Source: Xylographa opegraphella (lineage: Eukaryota). From it: DNA of 64,000 nucleotides. Where the stretch lies: assembly GCA_022813865.1 (NCBI GenBank), contig JALDZX010000041.1, positions 124,001 through 188,000 of the forward strand. Direction: 5' to 3'. Position numbers and translations under genes: made by a program. Below the pieces are notes generated by a model. That model saw only the letters and a list, made by a program, of their open reading frames with translations. It did no database searches and had not been told where the DNA came from. The stretch's first letter is position 1. Every line of letters starts with the position of its first letter. Below, one piece after another: positions 25,261 through 35,929 of the stretch.

Positions 25261-25326
25261 CATGACATCGAATTGGGGTATGACAAGGGAGCAAAGCGAA
25301 TTGTCGTACCCCGATTCACTGTCATG
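25261..25326 (+). repeat. Inverted repeat / long hairpin
   Basis: CATGACA-tc-GAATTGGGGTATGACAA [14-nt loop] TTGTCGTACCCCGATTC-ac-TGTCATG. A 17-bp stem with two G-U pairs plus a 7-bp outer stem. Confidence 0.85.
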
Positions 25327-26270
25327 CTACGCACGAGATCCCTGAGTTCATGATGGATGGTCTGATGCTATTTCGTTGTATATACTTGCTGGAAGGGGAA
25401 TAGCATAATTTTGATGATTTGATGGTCGGAATGTATGGTTATGGTATTTCTTGAGTTTTATGGGTAGGCTACTGTGTTCTATGGGATCTATAGCGAGAAT
25501 TCGTGTGGTTTCACAAGTCATTTTCAATTCTGGTTTCCGGAAGATTGGGACTATCTTGCCCCTGACGTGCCTTGCCAATATGAAAACTTATAATTGGATT
25601 ATTAGTACTGTTATTTATCGCAATCACCACGGTGCAGTCCGTTGGTGCGTATCAGCTTCGGTACATTGCTATACCCCAATTCAAAACAAATCTAAAATAG
25701 AACATACCTGTAGCGGCGTCCGTTGCTGAAGGAAGCAAGGTGTTCGGGGTTCACATCTGTGAGAGAGTTGACGATGCTAAGGAAGTCTGTTTTTTTTTTG
25801 GCATTAATTTAAGCACAGCGAGGCTTTAGGACTTACATAGCATGGACGGTTTGCCCGGAGACTTGTCCCAACTGAGTGTTTGAAAGCTCGACCTGGAATA
25901 AGAAATGTTGATTGCGACAGGCTCTGGGGGACAACAGAGCGTGTGGTTGGGGCCACTTGTGGCTTGCTGACAATGAATCATGTAAACACTAGACAAGAGC
26001 ACGAATGTTGACGCTGAGGCGTAAGAGAAGACTGATGTATATAATTGAATGTTTATTCGGCTATGGAGCCACTGTATGTCTCCCTACAGGAGCACTGATG
26101 ATTCAGCTTCAGCCCTGGCTGCAAAATATCGTAGAAAATTTATAAAAAAAATCACTCAAGCGCCGCAGGGATCGAATGCGGGGATCGAACACAGCAAGCG
26201 AGCGCTTAATAGTCGCAAAACAGACAGAGACAAAAAAGCAAAATTTTTCCAAGTAGGGAGCAGATCGAAA

Positions 26271-26587
26271 TCTGGTCTCTAATTACTTGGGTGCCAGAAA
26301 ACCTTCTTATCATATCATATAACTGTTGACCGTTGAGCATCAACATTCGTGGACTGTTTCCTCTTAGCAATAGCAACAGAGATCTCAGTTGGTACATAGA
26401 AATAAAACGACGTTATCCACTGTCGTGACATGAAGACCAACAAGCATGAGGTTTCGTAGGCGGTTAGCTATACGCGCTTGAAGCGCGCGATGCGGCAATA
26501 TTTTGTGATAAGCGCCGGCTAATCACTCAGCCGGCCACTATGGTGCAGCGGTAACACCCATCAATCTCTGGTCTCTAATTACTTGGG
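26271..26587. repeat. Exact 21-bp direct repeat pair
   Basis: TCTGGTCTCTAATTACTTGGG at 26271-26291 and 26567-26587. Confidence 0.85.
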
Positions 26588-27095
26588 AAGTCAATTTCTA
26601 ATTAATTACGGGGATTATTGGACATCTGCTTTGTATATCAGCTGTGTTCGTACCACACTATGAACACAGCTTACCATTTCATGGCCCAGAAGAACTTATC
26701 GCTCCAAGCGATTTTGGGAGGAGTTGGGCACAGAAGACTATTAATACTGTACCCAAGCACAAACCCTTCCTACATGTCTTTATTTTTTCTTGGAAATTCT
26801 TCTTGTGCTTGGAACTTATGCAGGATGTACACTTGACAAAATTACAACTTTCGCGAGTGCGACCGTATGAGATGTACGGAAATAATATAGAGCTTGAAGT
26901 GCTGTCCAATGGAACATCTTTACTAGCAATTCAAATACATATTGACACATAGATTAAAACTTATTGAGAGTCACTCCTCCCCTCATTAACATTTTGCAAT
27001 ATGTCCAGAGAAGTTCCAGTTTTCAATCAACATCACTCCGGAGTTCATCGGGTACTCCAACGGCTATGTCCTTTGTCATCTGCTCTATTTCTCCT

Positions 27096-28375
27096 TCAAT
27101 GCACAATCTTGAGCGAAAAGTCCACATGCTTCACGCCCTGGTGTATCGAGCTTGAGCTTATGATGTCTACATCGTCGCATACAAAGCCCTCCACATTCTC
27201 CTCCGTCAACCCACCACTGACCTCTATCAGAAACTCTTTTCCCTCCCCTCTGCGCAATCTCTCCTTCAAGCTTCGACTTGCGACCTTCACTCCGTCTCCC
27301 GAGAAATTATCCAGCATCACCACATCGGCGCCTGCTCTGATCGCCTCCTCCGCTTCCTCTTCACTCTGGCACTCGACCTCGATCTTGATGCTGAAGCCTC
27401 CCACTGCTTTTGCAGCATGTACAGCACGTGTGATACTGTTCTGGCATGCCCAGATATGGTTGTCTTTGAGCATGGTCATCGTGCTCAAATCATACCGGTG
27501 CGGATCGCAACCTCCGATCAGCATACCGTATTTCTCAACAAGGCGGAAGCCCGGAGTAGTCTTGCGAGTGCCGGCTAGTGTATGCGTGTAGCCAGCTTTG
27601 CGCACGAGAGAAAGCAGACGGGCGGATCTTGCACGGAGAATCAGTGAGAACTGGTGGCAATGATGGAGGTTGGTGAGCTAGCAGCATACTTGGTGGCGAT
27701 GCCGGAGCAGCGGGCGAGTGTATTCAAGGCAACTCGTTCACCAAGAAGGATTTTGCGGACTGGGCCGCGGACTGTGGCGCAGTGGTGGACTGGACTGAAA
27801 GAAGAGCCCTCTAATATGTGCCACTCCACACTGGAACAATGAGGTCAGCCGTCATGACGAGCGCTCGGTGGACAAGAGATAGCCTGCCTGCAGTCCAGTT
27901 GTCTGAACACTTCGTCGAAGAAAGGGACGCCTGCCAGCATTCCCTAAAGCCATTATCAGAACAACTTGGCATGATCAATGGAGGGTGAAATGGAAGTGGA
28001 GTATAGAGACGAAAGAGGAAGCAGTCTGGCAAGTCACAGTTTACATTAAATCGAGCTACTGTAATGCTTGTATTACACATTCTCCACAGCGAAGCAGATA
28101 GTTTCTTCAGATATACATCATCCAGATTTCGCTGCAGGGGAAGTGCAATGCTCAGCAGGAGAATAAAGCAAGCAACATGAACTCTGTGAGGAATACATGA
28201 GGCTGATTCAATAGCATACCGCACTCTTTCCCAGCAGCTTTGCCTCACCATGAGCATCACCGACCACGAATCCGCCGTAATCCAGACTCGGGCAGTCTTC
28301 AGCCAGCCATCTCGTGACGTCGCTTTTGTAATTAGGATTGAGTAAATGAGCTACCTGCCCATGCATCGAGGCCAT
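27096..28375 (-). CDS. BNA6: Nicotinate-nucleotide pyrophosphorylase (quinolinate phosphoribosyltransferase)
   Basis: [76 protein letters not shown]. Three introns, one of them GC-AG. Confidence 0.95.
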
Positions 28376-28826
28376 CTTATGCCGTCCTTGCTTGTATTTA
28401 CTTTAGCACAAGGTGAATTTGAGCAGACTCCCAAGATTGACGCATGGTCTGAGCAAGAGACTGTCGATCTTACTTCGACAGGGTCAGTGACTCTGGCCTA
28501 AGAGATGCATGCGGGAGCGGGTAGATTCGCCCCACCAAGGGCCAGATCTCGCCGCATCTTTTAACATCCCACAGTCTTCACATCGTCCGTGCCTTTCATT
28601 GCTGTGTCTTGGTGCACGGCTTCCTGTTCTACACAGCAAACCTATCAGCTATAGACCAACAGGGCGGGACATGTCCTGAGGATTCGTCACTGTAGACTAG
28701 ACGGTGACTCCGGCCATACATGCAATCCTTCCTCGATAGTCGTTGATAAGGATTCTTCACCTTCTCACTCCCTGCCAGCTCGACGACAGTCCTTTTGTGC
28801 TGCATCTGTATCACCCCAGTGCCGAC

Positions 28827-29744
28827 ATGGATCTTTCAACAACCATGCAAAAAGGCGCAACATCCCAGTCCTTCGCCTCTCCCAAACGAAAACGAGATCC
28901 AGCCACCGACCACACCGCTTCTCTCTCGCCTTGTCCCATCCGCCTCCGAACAGACATATCTTTGCAACCTGCAGACAACTATACTAGTGGAAATGAGAGT
29001 CCGCGCACTACAGTGGCCGGCCAGATGCAGGCCCTTCGCCTCGGGCATGAACAGGCACCGCCACTGCCATCAATACCAATGCCTGAAGAGCTGTCCTCTT
29101 CAGTCAACACAAGCTTTATAGTCTATCAGCCCCAGGCTCCGAGCTGTTTGAATGCCAGCTTCGAATTTGTAGCTCCCCAAGCCGAGATCGCGAACAGCGT
29201 GAACAGCAGCTTTGGATCCACCACTTCTAGCACGCAGGTTTTGTTCAACCATGGCACCGCTACTCCGCCTAATATGCCTTCAACGCCTCACCTGAAGCCT
29301 ATATCTCCATTACCAGCCCGTACTATTTCCCCGTTACCACGTGGCCGGCAGAAATCACCACCTCCGCCGGCAAGGACTTCATCTCCCAGCGCCCATCTTG
29401 CCGATGCGACCCGATTATCTACGGCTTCCCTACCAGCCCGTCCCATCAGCAGCCCCTCTCCTTCTCCACCCTCCACTATCGAGCTTGAAAATCTGGGTCT
29501 GAACGGTATCGGCTACAGACCGACGCCTGCGATCGCATACGCAAGAGCACAGCGGCGCAAACAGCAGGTTGCGGAATGGAAAGTTCGGGAAGCGAAGGAG
29601 GCGCGCCAGCGGAGGAGTGAATTGAGAAAGAAGCGGGATCAGAATATTAGCGATTCGGGAAGGATGGTGACAGGGCTCACGGGCGACAGGGAGGGCGGAC
29701 TGGAGGAAATGAAGGTCCGGAGAGTCAGATTCGTAGAGGGATAG
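28827..29744 (+). CDS. Uncharacterised conserved fungal protein (disordered S/P-rich, conserved C-terminal helix)
   Basis: The C-terminal GLNGIGYRPTPAIAYARAQRRKQQVAEWKVREAKEARQRR and terminal RRVRF resemble a Pezizomycotina hypothetical family I recognise. Confidence 0.7.
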   Translation: MDLSTTMQKGATSQSFASPKRKRDPATDHTASLSPCPIRLRTDISLQPADNYTSGNESPRTTVAGQMQALRLGHEQAPPLPSIPMPEELSSSVNTSFIVYQPQAPSCLNASFEFVAPQAEIANSVNSSFGSTTSSTQVLFNHGTATPPNMPSTPHLKPISPLPARTISPLPRGRQKSPPPPARTSSPSAHLADATRLSTASLPARPISSPSPSPPSTIELENLGLNGIGYRPTPAIAYARAQRRKQQVAEWKVREAKEARQRRSELRKKRDQNISDSGRMVTGLTGDREGGLEEMKVRRVRFVEG

Positions 29745-30944
29745 AGCACAAAGGCGCTGCTTAGGTGATTGCAAGATGGATGCCGCATGTTTGTCGTCAT
29801 TTTTCTTCTGGGGACTTATAGGGTCTGGGAGAGAATGTGGTTCATCATTTTGGTTGATTATGGGTATACCCCGGATGATATGCATTGGATGGGGAGCATG
29901 AAGCTGGAGAAGCAATGGGTTGCTATGGAGTTTCTTTTGTGGGTGACGAATTAACGATAAGCTTGTTGGAGAATAAATGAAGATATTATTATGACTGACA
30001 CGTGTGTCCTAGGACATTTCATCAGTTCAATTGCATACTCTTTCGTATTTGAATAGAAGAACAGGAGACACTCCATGCTTGATCGATATGTTGGGAGGGA
30101 GTGGTTCGGTTTTCTGCTTGTTATAGTGGACTGATCTCCTAACGAATATGAATCTGAATGGCTTCGTGAGCGACTAACTGTATTCTGTCTCTGGTGGTCC
30201 AGTTGAAGGTACCGTCAAATATCTGTCCACACCCTCCAAGCACCAAAGCACCCATGGGCAGTCAAGTGTCAAAAAGTGAAGCCGTCTCAGTGTACAGCCG
30301 TGGCCCTTGTCATGACCTCCAAGAAAAGAGGTCCGATCTGGATATCGTTGAACGCTAGTACCCAATCATGTCTGTGACAGGACCCTAATCGACAATATAT
30401 GGCTAAAAGTCCGTTTATCATCGTCATCGTTAGGAAGAGCTCGACTATTCTTTTAGTGTATAATGGAATTGTCGTCTTTTGTGACTGCGGTTGTCGCACA
30501 TGATCGACTTATTAAGAGAGGTCACAAGTATGAACTGATATGTTGATGAACCCGAGACTATCTTTGTTATTGACCGCATATCACTGACCGTGACTATCTG
30601 CTGTCTTTCTCATCTGCATTGGGATGACTTTCATACACAGAATCAAATATAAAGCGATGTTACTCCGTACTTTTGGCTATATGGCAAACATTGATTGACA
30701 TGGGGGCCTTTTACACAACTTACATGATCTCCATGCCGCAACGAGTCACATCTGCACTCCCATACGATATGTTCTGACCGTCAAGCTACGTCTACTCTGA
30801 CTATTTTACAAACGGCTCGTGGAAACACTTTGTATTCTTGCCAGATCTGCATGTCGATATTGTACAGAAGCACGTAAGATCCTGAAAATGGCCCTCCCGT
30901 GGCTACATGGTGGAATCCAGCTCAAACCACACAGATACTCGCCG

Positions 30945-31596
30945 TCAGCTCTCCGACTCCTCCCTCCAAGCCGACGCCTCGTACCCATCCATCATGCGAA
31001 CGTAATCTGGACCCGCGCGAGCCCACCCTTTGATACCGCCTACGAGGATACAGCTCTCCATACTCGTATCGCCCTCGTCACGAAGATAGTCTGCGAACCA
31101 CCCAGCAGCGCGAGGCGCACGACCTTGAGACGACCCTACACGGATTTTTCATCAGCTGTCTTGGAAACTCCGACACCGTAGATCGCAGAGAATGGACGCT
31201 GAGCACAGACTAAAGGGCAACACGCACGCAACACGCAGCAAAGGCAACGAACCGCAATACCATATCACCGTATCAATCTTCGCGGCTGCGAATAGCCTAT
31301 GCAGCGATGGGATGGCAGGGTATAGTGTCTGCGCTGGCAGGTTGATCGAGCCGTGGACCGTACCTCCCTACTGCCATCAGTATCAACGCAGTGGGCGTTA
31401 CGCGATTGGCACTGCGGTGACAGACCTTGTGGTCGTTCCTGCGCAGATCAATAAGCACAAAGTGCTTATTGCCTCTTACTCCTTTGCTATCACGAAGTTT
31501 CTGTAGGACTTCCTCGTGGGAAACGAGCTTTGGGCTCGAGGTTCTGGGGACTGGGTAGGCAGCGTGCCAGGGAGTTTCGACAACTTCGCTGCTCAT
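30945..31596 (-). CDS. Cdc25-like rhodanese-fold phosphatase / arsenate reductase (Acr2/Ych1/Ibp1 family)
   Basis: PWHAAYP, LIDLRRNDHK|GGTVHGSINLPAQTLYP, then CX5R motif WYC|GSSQGRAPRAAGWF, LVGGIKGW. Two introns. Confidence 0.88.
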
Positions 31597-32682
31597 TGGG
31601 GATGTCTCGGTGATGTTCTCGTGCTTTATTATTCTGCGAAAAAGATAATGGTGGATACAAGATTATTGAGCGCCCTGGGGGAAGTCGTCATTCTTGAACA
31701 ATATCCACCTCCCAACAACGACGCATGCAAACCGGTTGACCAATCAGACACAGGCAGTGACATTCCGCTCCATCTCTTCTGTGCATCGCTTGTGGGTATC
31801 ATCCGTCGTCCAAGTTCCCATTATTCACTCTCCGATCATTCTGCGACGTTCTACACACCAGCCATCCGCTCACAGTATCCCAGTGAAGAAAATCCTCCTC
31901 CACGCTCAAATCCATCTCCGTACCCACACCAGCGCCCAAACCCTCCCATACCCATTCCCAACGCCCACTTTTACATCCCCCACCCCCATCCCCCGCACCA
32001 ACCCATAAATCACAACCACACCCCACCAGCCATCCATCCTCACACCCCCCTCTCCTTCTCCTCCCCTCTCACTCTCGTCACCAAATGCCGCCCTCCCCCC
32101 GCAACTCCGACATCGCCGCCCACCGCCCCCCAAAGTCCCATGCCCCGGGAGCGGCCCGCTGGCTAACGCCCACTAGAGCCCCTAGCTCACCGGCCAAGCA
32201 GCGCTCGTTGCGGGGCAGCCCCTCGGCGCGCTCCCCTTTTCCCTTTCGTGCGGAGGGGGATTTGCCCTGCATGGCTGCGGAGTATAGGCGCGGCCGTGCC
32301 TGCGTGGACGCTGACGTGATCTCGAAAGGAAAGGTAAGGTAAGCTAGACTACGGGATGTCTGGGTCCACATGGTCAAGGTAGGTTCACGGGAGATGGGGT
32401 TCGCACGCGCGGAGAGGGAAAAGGTCAGGTGGGTGGTGGGTTGGGTTGAGAGACGGAGGGGTGGAGTTAGGGTGGAGGTGTATAGACTTGGGTCTGGCCG
32501 GCTTCTGTTTTTTCTTTGCTCTTTTGATTCTCTGTTGTATTTTTTGGGCGGACCTGGGTACTTTGCAGAAGGATTTCTGTGTTCGTGAACTAAGTCTTTG
32601 TACTGCTTCCGGAAGACTCGACCCGCACTGCCTGCCGTACACGCTGCTTGCCGGTACCTGAGTTCCGCCTCTTCCTTCGACG

Positions 32683-33282
32683 ATGGCAGCTCCTCCCACC
32701 GTCACCAATGGGCAGCATACCACGCCCACAAGCAGCCATCCCCCCTCGCTCACAAACGGAAGCAACGCCTCCGCCCTCCCCGCCTGGGTGAACCCCGACC
32801 TCTCCGCCCTGCTCACCGTCCACCACGCCCCGTCCCCCGCCTCCAAATCCTTCTCCTCCTACTCCACCTCCCTGGTCGCTCTTCCCGCAGGCGCGCTCTT
32901 CGCCCGCCTCACAGGCCTCACTCCCACCACGCAATCCTACTCCTCGGTCCAAGCGTCCCGCACGCTGCACATCGAGCTCAACAGCGCCCTGCTCTACATT
33001 GACCACTCGTGCGCACCCTCACTGGAGTTCGACATGGCGCGCTTCGAGGTCCGGGTGGCGCGCAACAGGCCGCTGCGCGAGGGGGACAAGCTAACTTTCT
33101 TCTACCCGAGTACCGAGTGGGCGATGGCGCAGCCGTTTGAGTGTCGGTGTGGGAGTGACGGCTGTTTGGGGACGATAAGGGGAGCGGGGGAGATGGGAAG
33201 GGGGGTGTTGGGCCAGTATTGGTTGAATGGCTTTGTGGAGGAGATGCTGGGGGAGGGGGAAGGGGGAAGAGGACAGATGTAA
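32683..33282 (+). CDS. Small SET / post-SET domain protein
   Basis: YSSVQ, HIELNSALLYIDHSCAPSL (NHSCxP-like, with Asn replaced by Asp), GDKLTFFYPSTEWAMAQPFECRCGSDGCLGTIRGA. Confidence 0.88.
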   Translation: MAAPPTVTNGQHTTPTSSHPPSLTNGSNASALPAWVNPDLSALLTVHHAPSPASKSFSSYSTSLVALPAGALFARLTGLTPTTQSYSSVQASRTLHIELNSALLYIDHSCAPSLEFDMARFEVRVARNRPLREGDKLTFFYPSTEWAMAQPFECRCGSDGCLGTIRGAGEMGRGVLGQYWLNGFVEEMLGEGEGGRGQM

Positions 33283-34577
33283 GGGGGCGGTGAGGAGGGG
33301 CAGATGAGGTTGGTGAGAAGAAGGAGCTGTAGTGGGATGACTTGCCTGTGTACATAACGTCCTCAATATCCGATCCCATATACTTGTTGAGTTTATTGCC
33401 CTACTTGAGTAGAAGGCAGAACTCCATGGAAGTCGTCTTGAGAAGTTATGTCGTGCATACGGTCTCCTCAGGGTACACTCGGAAGGCTTGATGGAGCGTA
33501 TGTAACAACGTAAAACTGCCGAGCTTTGGGGTGCTGAAGGCCAGGATAATCCTCGTTGCCATTGTAAAGATCTATATCTTAGTGAGTATGCTTTAATGGA
33601 CACTTCACCAATTCGACCGATGTTGTGAGAGGTATGGACACCCCCTGAAGACATCTCTGGCAATCGAAGAGACTTTGGTATTGGAAGACTTTTATGAATA
33701 ATGTGATACAAGAACATCATAAATCATGACAAAAGCTGTCCATCTCATAATCGAATTGACTAATAATAGAAGTCGTATACACAATTACTGAAACATTAAC
33801 CAGTATACAGCATATTTTATCCTTGAAGCAAGTGACCTCAGCTATAACTCAGGCAAAGCAAATTGCGAAAGACAAACATGTGTTTTCAGCGTGTATAGTT
33901 CTGGTGAACGGCTTCGGGGACAGTAAGTCTATCATCAAATGCAACGACGTTGGCTGGCTTGGGGATGCGGCCCAAGCTATCAGGGCTCAACTCAATGCTG
34001 CACATCTAGAGCAAGTCCACCAGCAATATAAGAAGAGAAAATAGTATGCTATAACTTCTACATGCATAGCTACACCTGAGCCTGCAGCAGAGTACATGGA
34101 AGCGTGGCACACTGCGAATACCAGGAAAGTCCCATGTCTCGCCTGAGCATTCACGCTCCTCGATTTACAGGAATATGAGGTTGTGGATTTGTCTTCAAAG
34201 CAAACTCTGTGGATGGCATATAACGCAAGGATAAGAAGGAAATATAAATCAAGTAGACTACCTGTAGCAGTCTAGCAATCGGGCGAGGCTGCCCATTGAG
34301 TGTATTTCAGTCACGCGCCAAATCTATAGCGACTAGACTATAACCTGACATGCTCGACGAAGAAAGTAGACATGAATGCATATTATACCACTTCACAAAG
34401 AGTGATTTTGACAGTAGACTCACTCTCTCATTGTCTACACGATATGGAAAATGTCTTCAATAGTACAGCGGGCGATAAGGTATAAGGGTCACAATAGTGC
34501 ATTTTTCAGCCCTATGATGCCTGGCCATCAACTCTGGAATTTGCGGCGAAGAACCAATAATTGCCTCCCCCGTCACA

Positions 34578-35328
34578 ATGGCTGCAGATACTCGGGATCC
34601 TTCTACAACGCCCAGTGGTGATGACACTTCGCGTCCCTATCGCGGTAAAATCTACGAGACCTTTACGCCTTCGCCCTCGTCCTCTACCTCAATTTCGCAG
34701 TCTTCCCCAATTTTGCCCCCAGAAAATGCCAATGCTATTCCAGGTGGCAGTACGAACACGGCCGGTGGTCGAGCCAAAGAGGCCACTCTATGGGATGGAA
34801 TAAAATCCATCAAAGTGGAAGATGTCAAGAACTTACATAACATTCCGTGCGTTCGGGACGCGCTATTGACTGGGATTGGGACAGGATTCATGGTTGGAGG
34901 GGTGAGGATGATTGTCGGTGGTACGTACTGATGGCTTCCTCTTTCGAAGGCGCATTATGTTCTCCTGTACTCGTCTATCATGGCGGCTCCGATATATTAT
35001 CCTTGTCAGAAGACCTTGTACAAATCGCTTGCTTAGGGACTGACAAGTTTGTCTTACAGCAACGATGTGGAAGTCCATGTCCTGGGCTATGGGCTCTTTC
35101 TGTTTCTCTTCGGCGGGAATGTTTGAATTCTGCCAAAGAAGAAGGACTCTGGAGCGCCAAGGGATGGCCAGGGCCGCTGAGATTATAGAACGGAAGAGGT
35201 TGGAGAAGGAGAAGCAAGCAGAGAAGATTAGAGCTGAGCGAAGGAGAAGAAGAGAGGAAGAGGAAAAAAGGAAGGAGGAGGAAGAGCGAAACAAGAAGAG
35301 CGGATGGAGTCTTTGGGGCAGCAATTGA
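34578..35328 (+). CDS. COX20: Cytochrome c oxidase assembly protein Cox20
   Basis: IPCVRDALLTGIGTGFMVGGVR, intron about 34921-35059, WKSMSWAMGSF...FEFCQRRR and a charged coiled-coil tail. Confidence 0.85.
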
Positions 35329-35929
35329 CTTCCAAAAAACATATGGAAGGTGAGAAGGTGGGTCAGTACTCGAAATTCTCTAATATCAAACATCATACGG
35401 TATGCCTCGCCTTCGCCGAGGTGGAAATGAAAATCGGTACCGTGCTAGGAGATTAACAAGGAAGGAGTTTGGGAATGTATAGACGAGCAAGAAAGTCATG
35501 GTCACCATGATGCCTCTCTACCAGGATTCGGCAATTGTGGCAAAGGTTTCTAAACGGAGTTGGAACAAAGCTCTTTGTCGTTTTTATTATTGTAAATATG
35601 GTCTGGCTAGTCGCTACAACCATTAGCCTCTACAAGCATTAGCAATCACGGCCCCAAAGCTGTAGTGAATTATAAACCTCAAAAAACTCGTAAATCATGA
35701 TGGATTCCAACTTAATCCTTTCGTCTAATTTCTCAAGCGGGATTTATGACAAGGTGCCGTCGCTCACTGTAGGCGTTGTAGATCACAACACGCCTCAGAA
35801 GTCTACCGGCGCTCTTCTTACAACCATCTCTTGATCACTACGCGATCAGCTTTTGTATAAGTTCTGCTATCTCTATGCCTCACACCGAAGTCACTATATT
35901 ACTAGTATCGTGGTTATGAAAGCTCACTC

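Noticed and set aside
30945..31596. Arsenic-resistance cluster
   Set aside because: No ACR3, ArsH or arsenite methyltransferase neighbours. The gene is a solitary family member.
32131..32402. AAAGTCCC ... ATGGGGTT resembling RNase MRP CR-I/CR-V
   Set aside because: P4 does not pair canonically, and no GARAR loop or CR-IV was found.
33091..34044. ORFs between the SET gene and COX20
   Set aside because: No recognisable motifs, and one partly overlaps the SET gene in antisense. Could be a decayed gene but this is unsupported.
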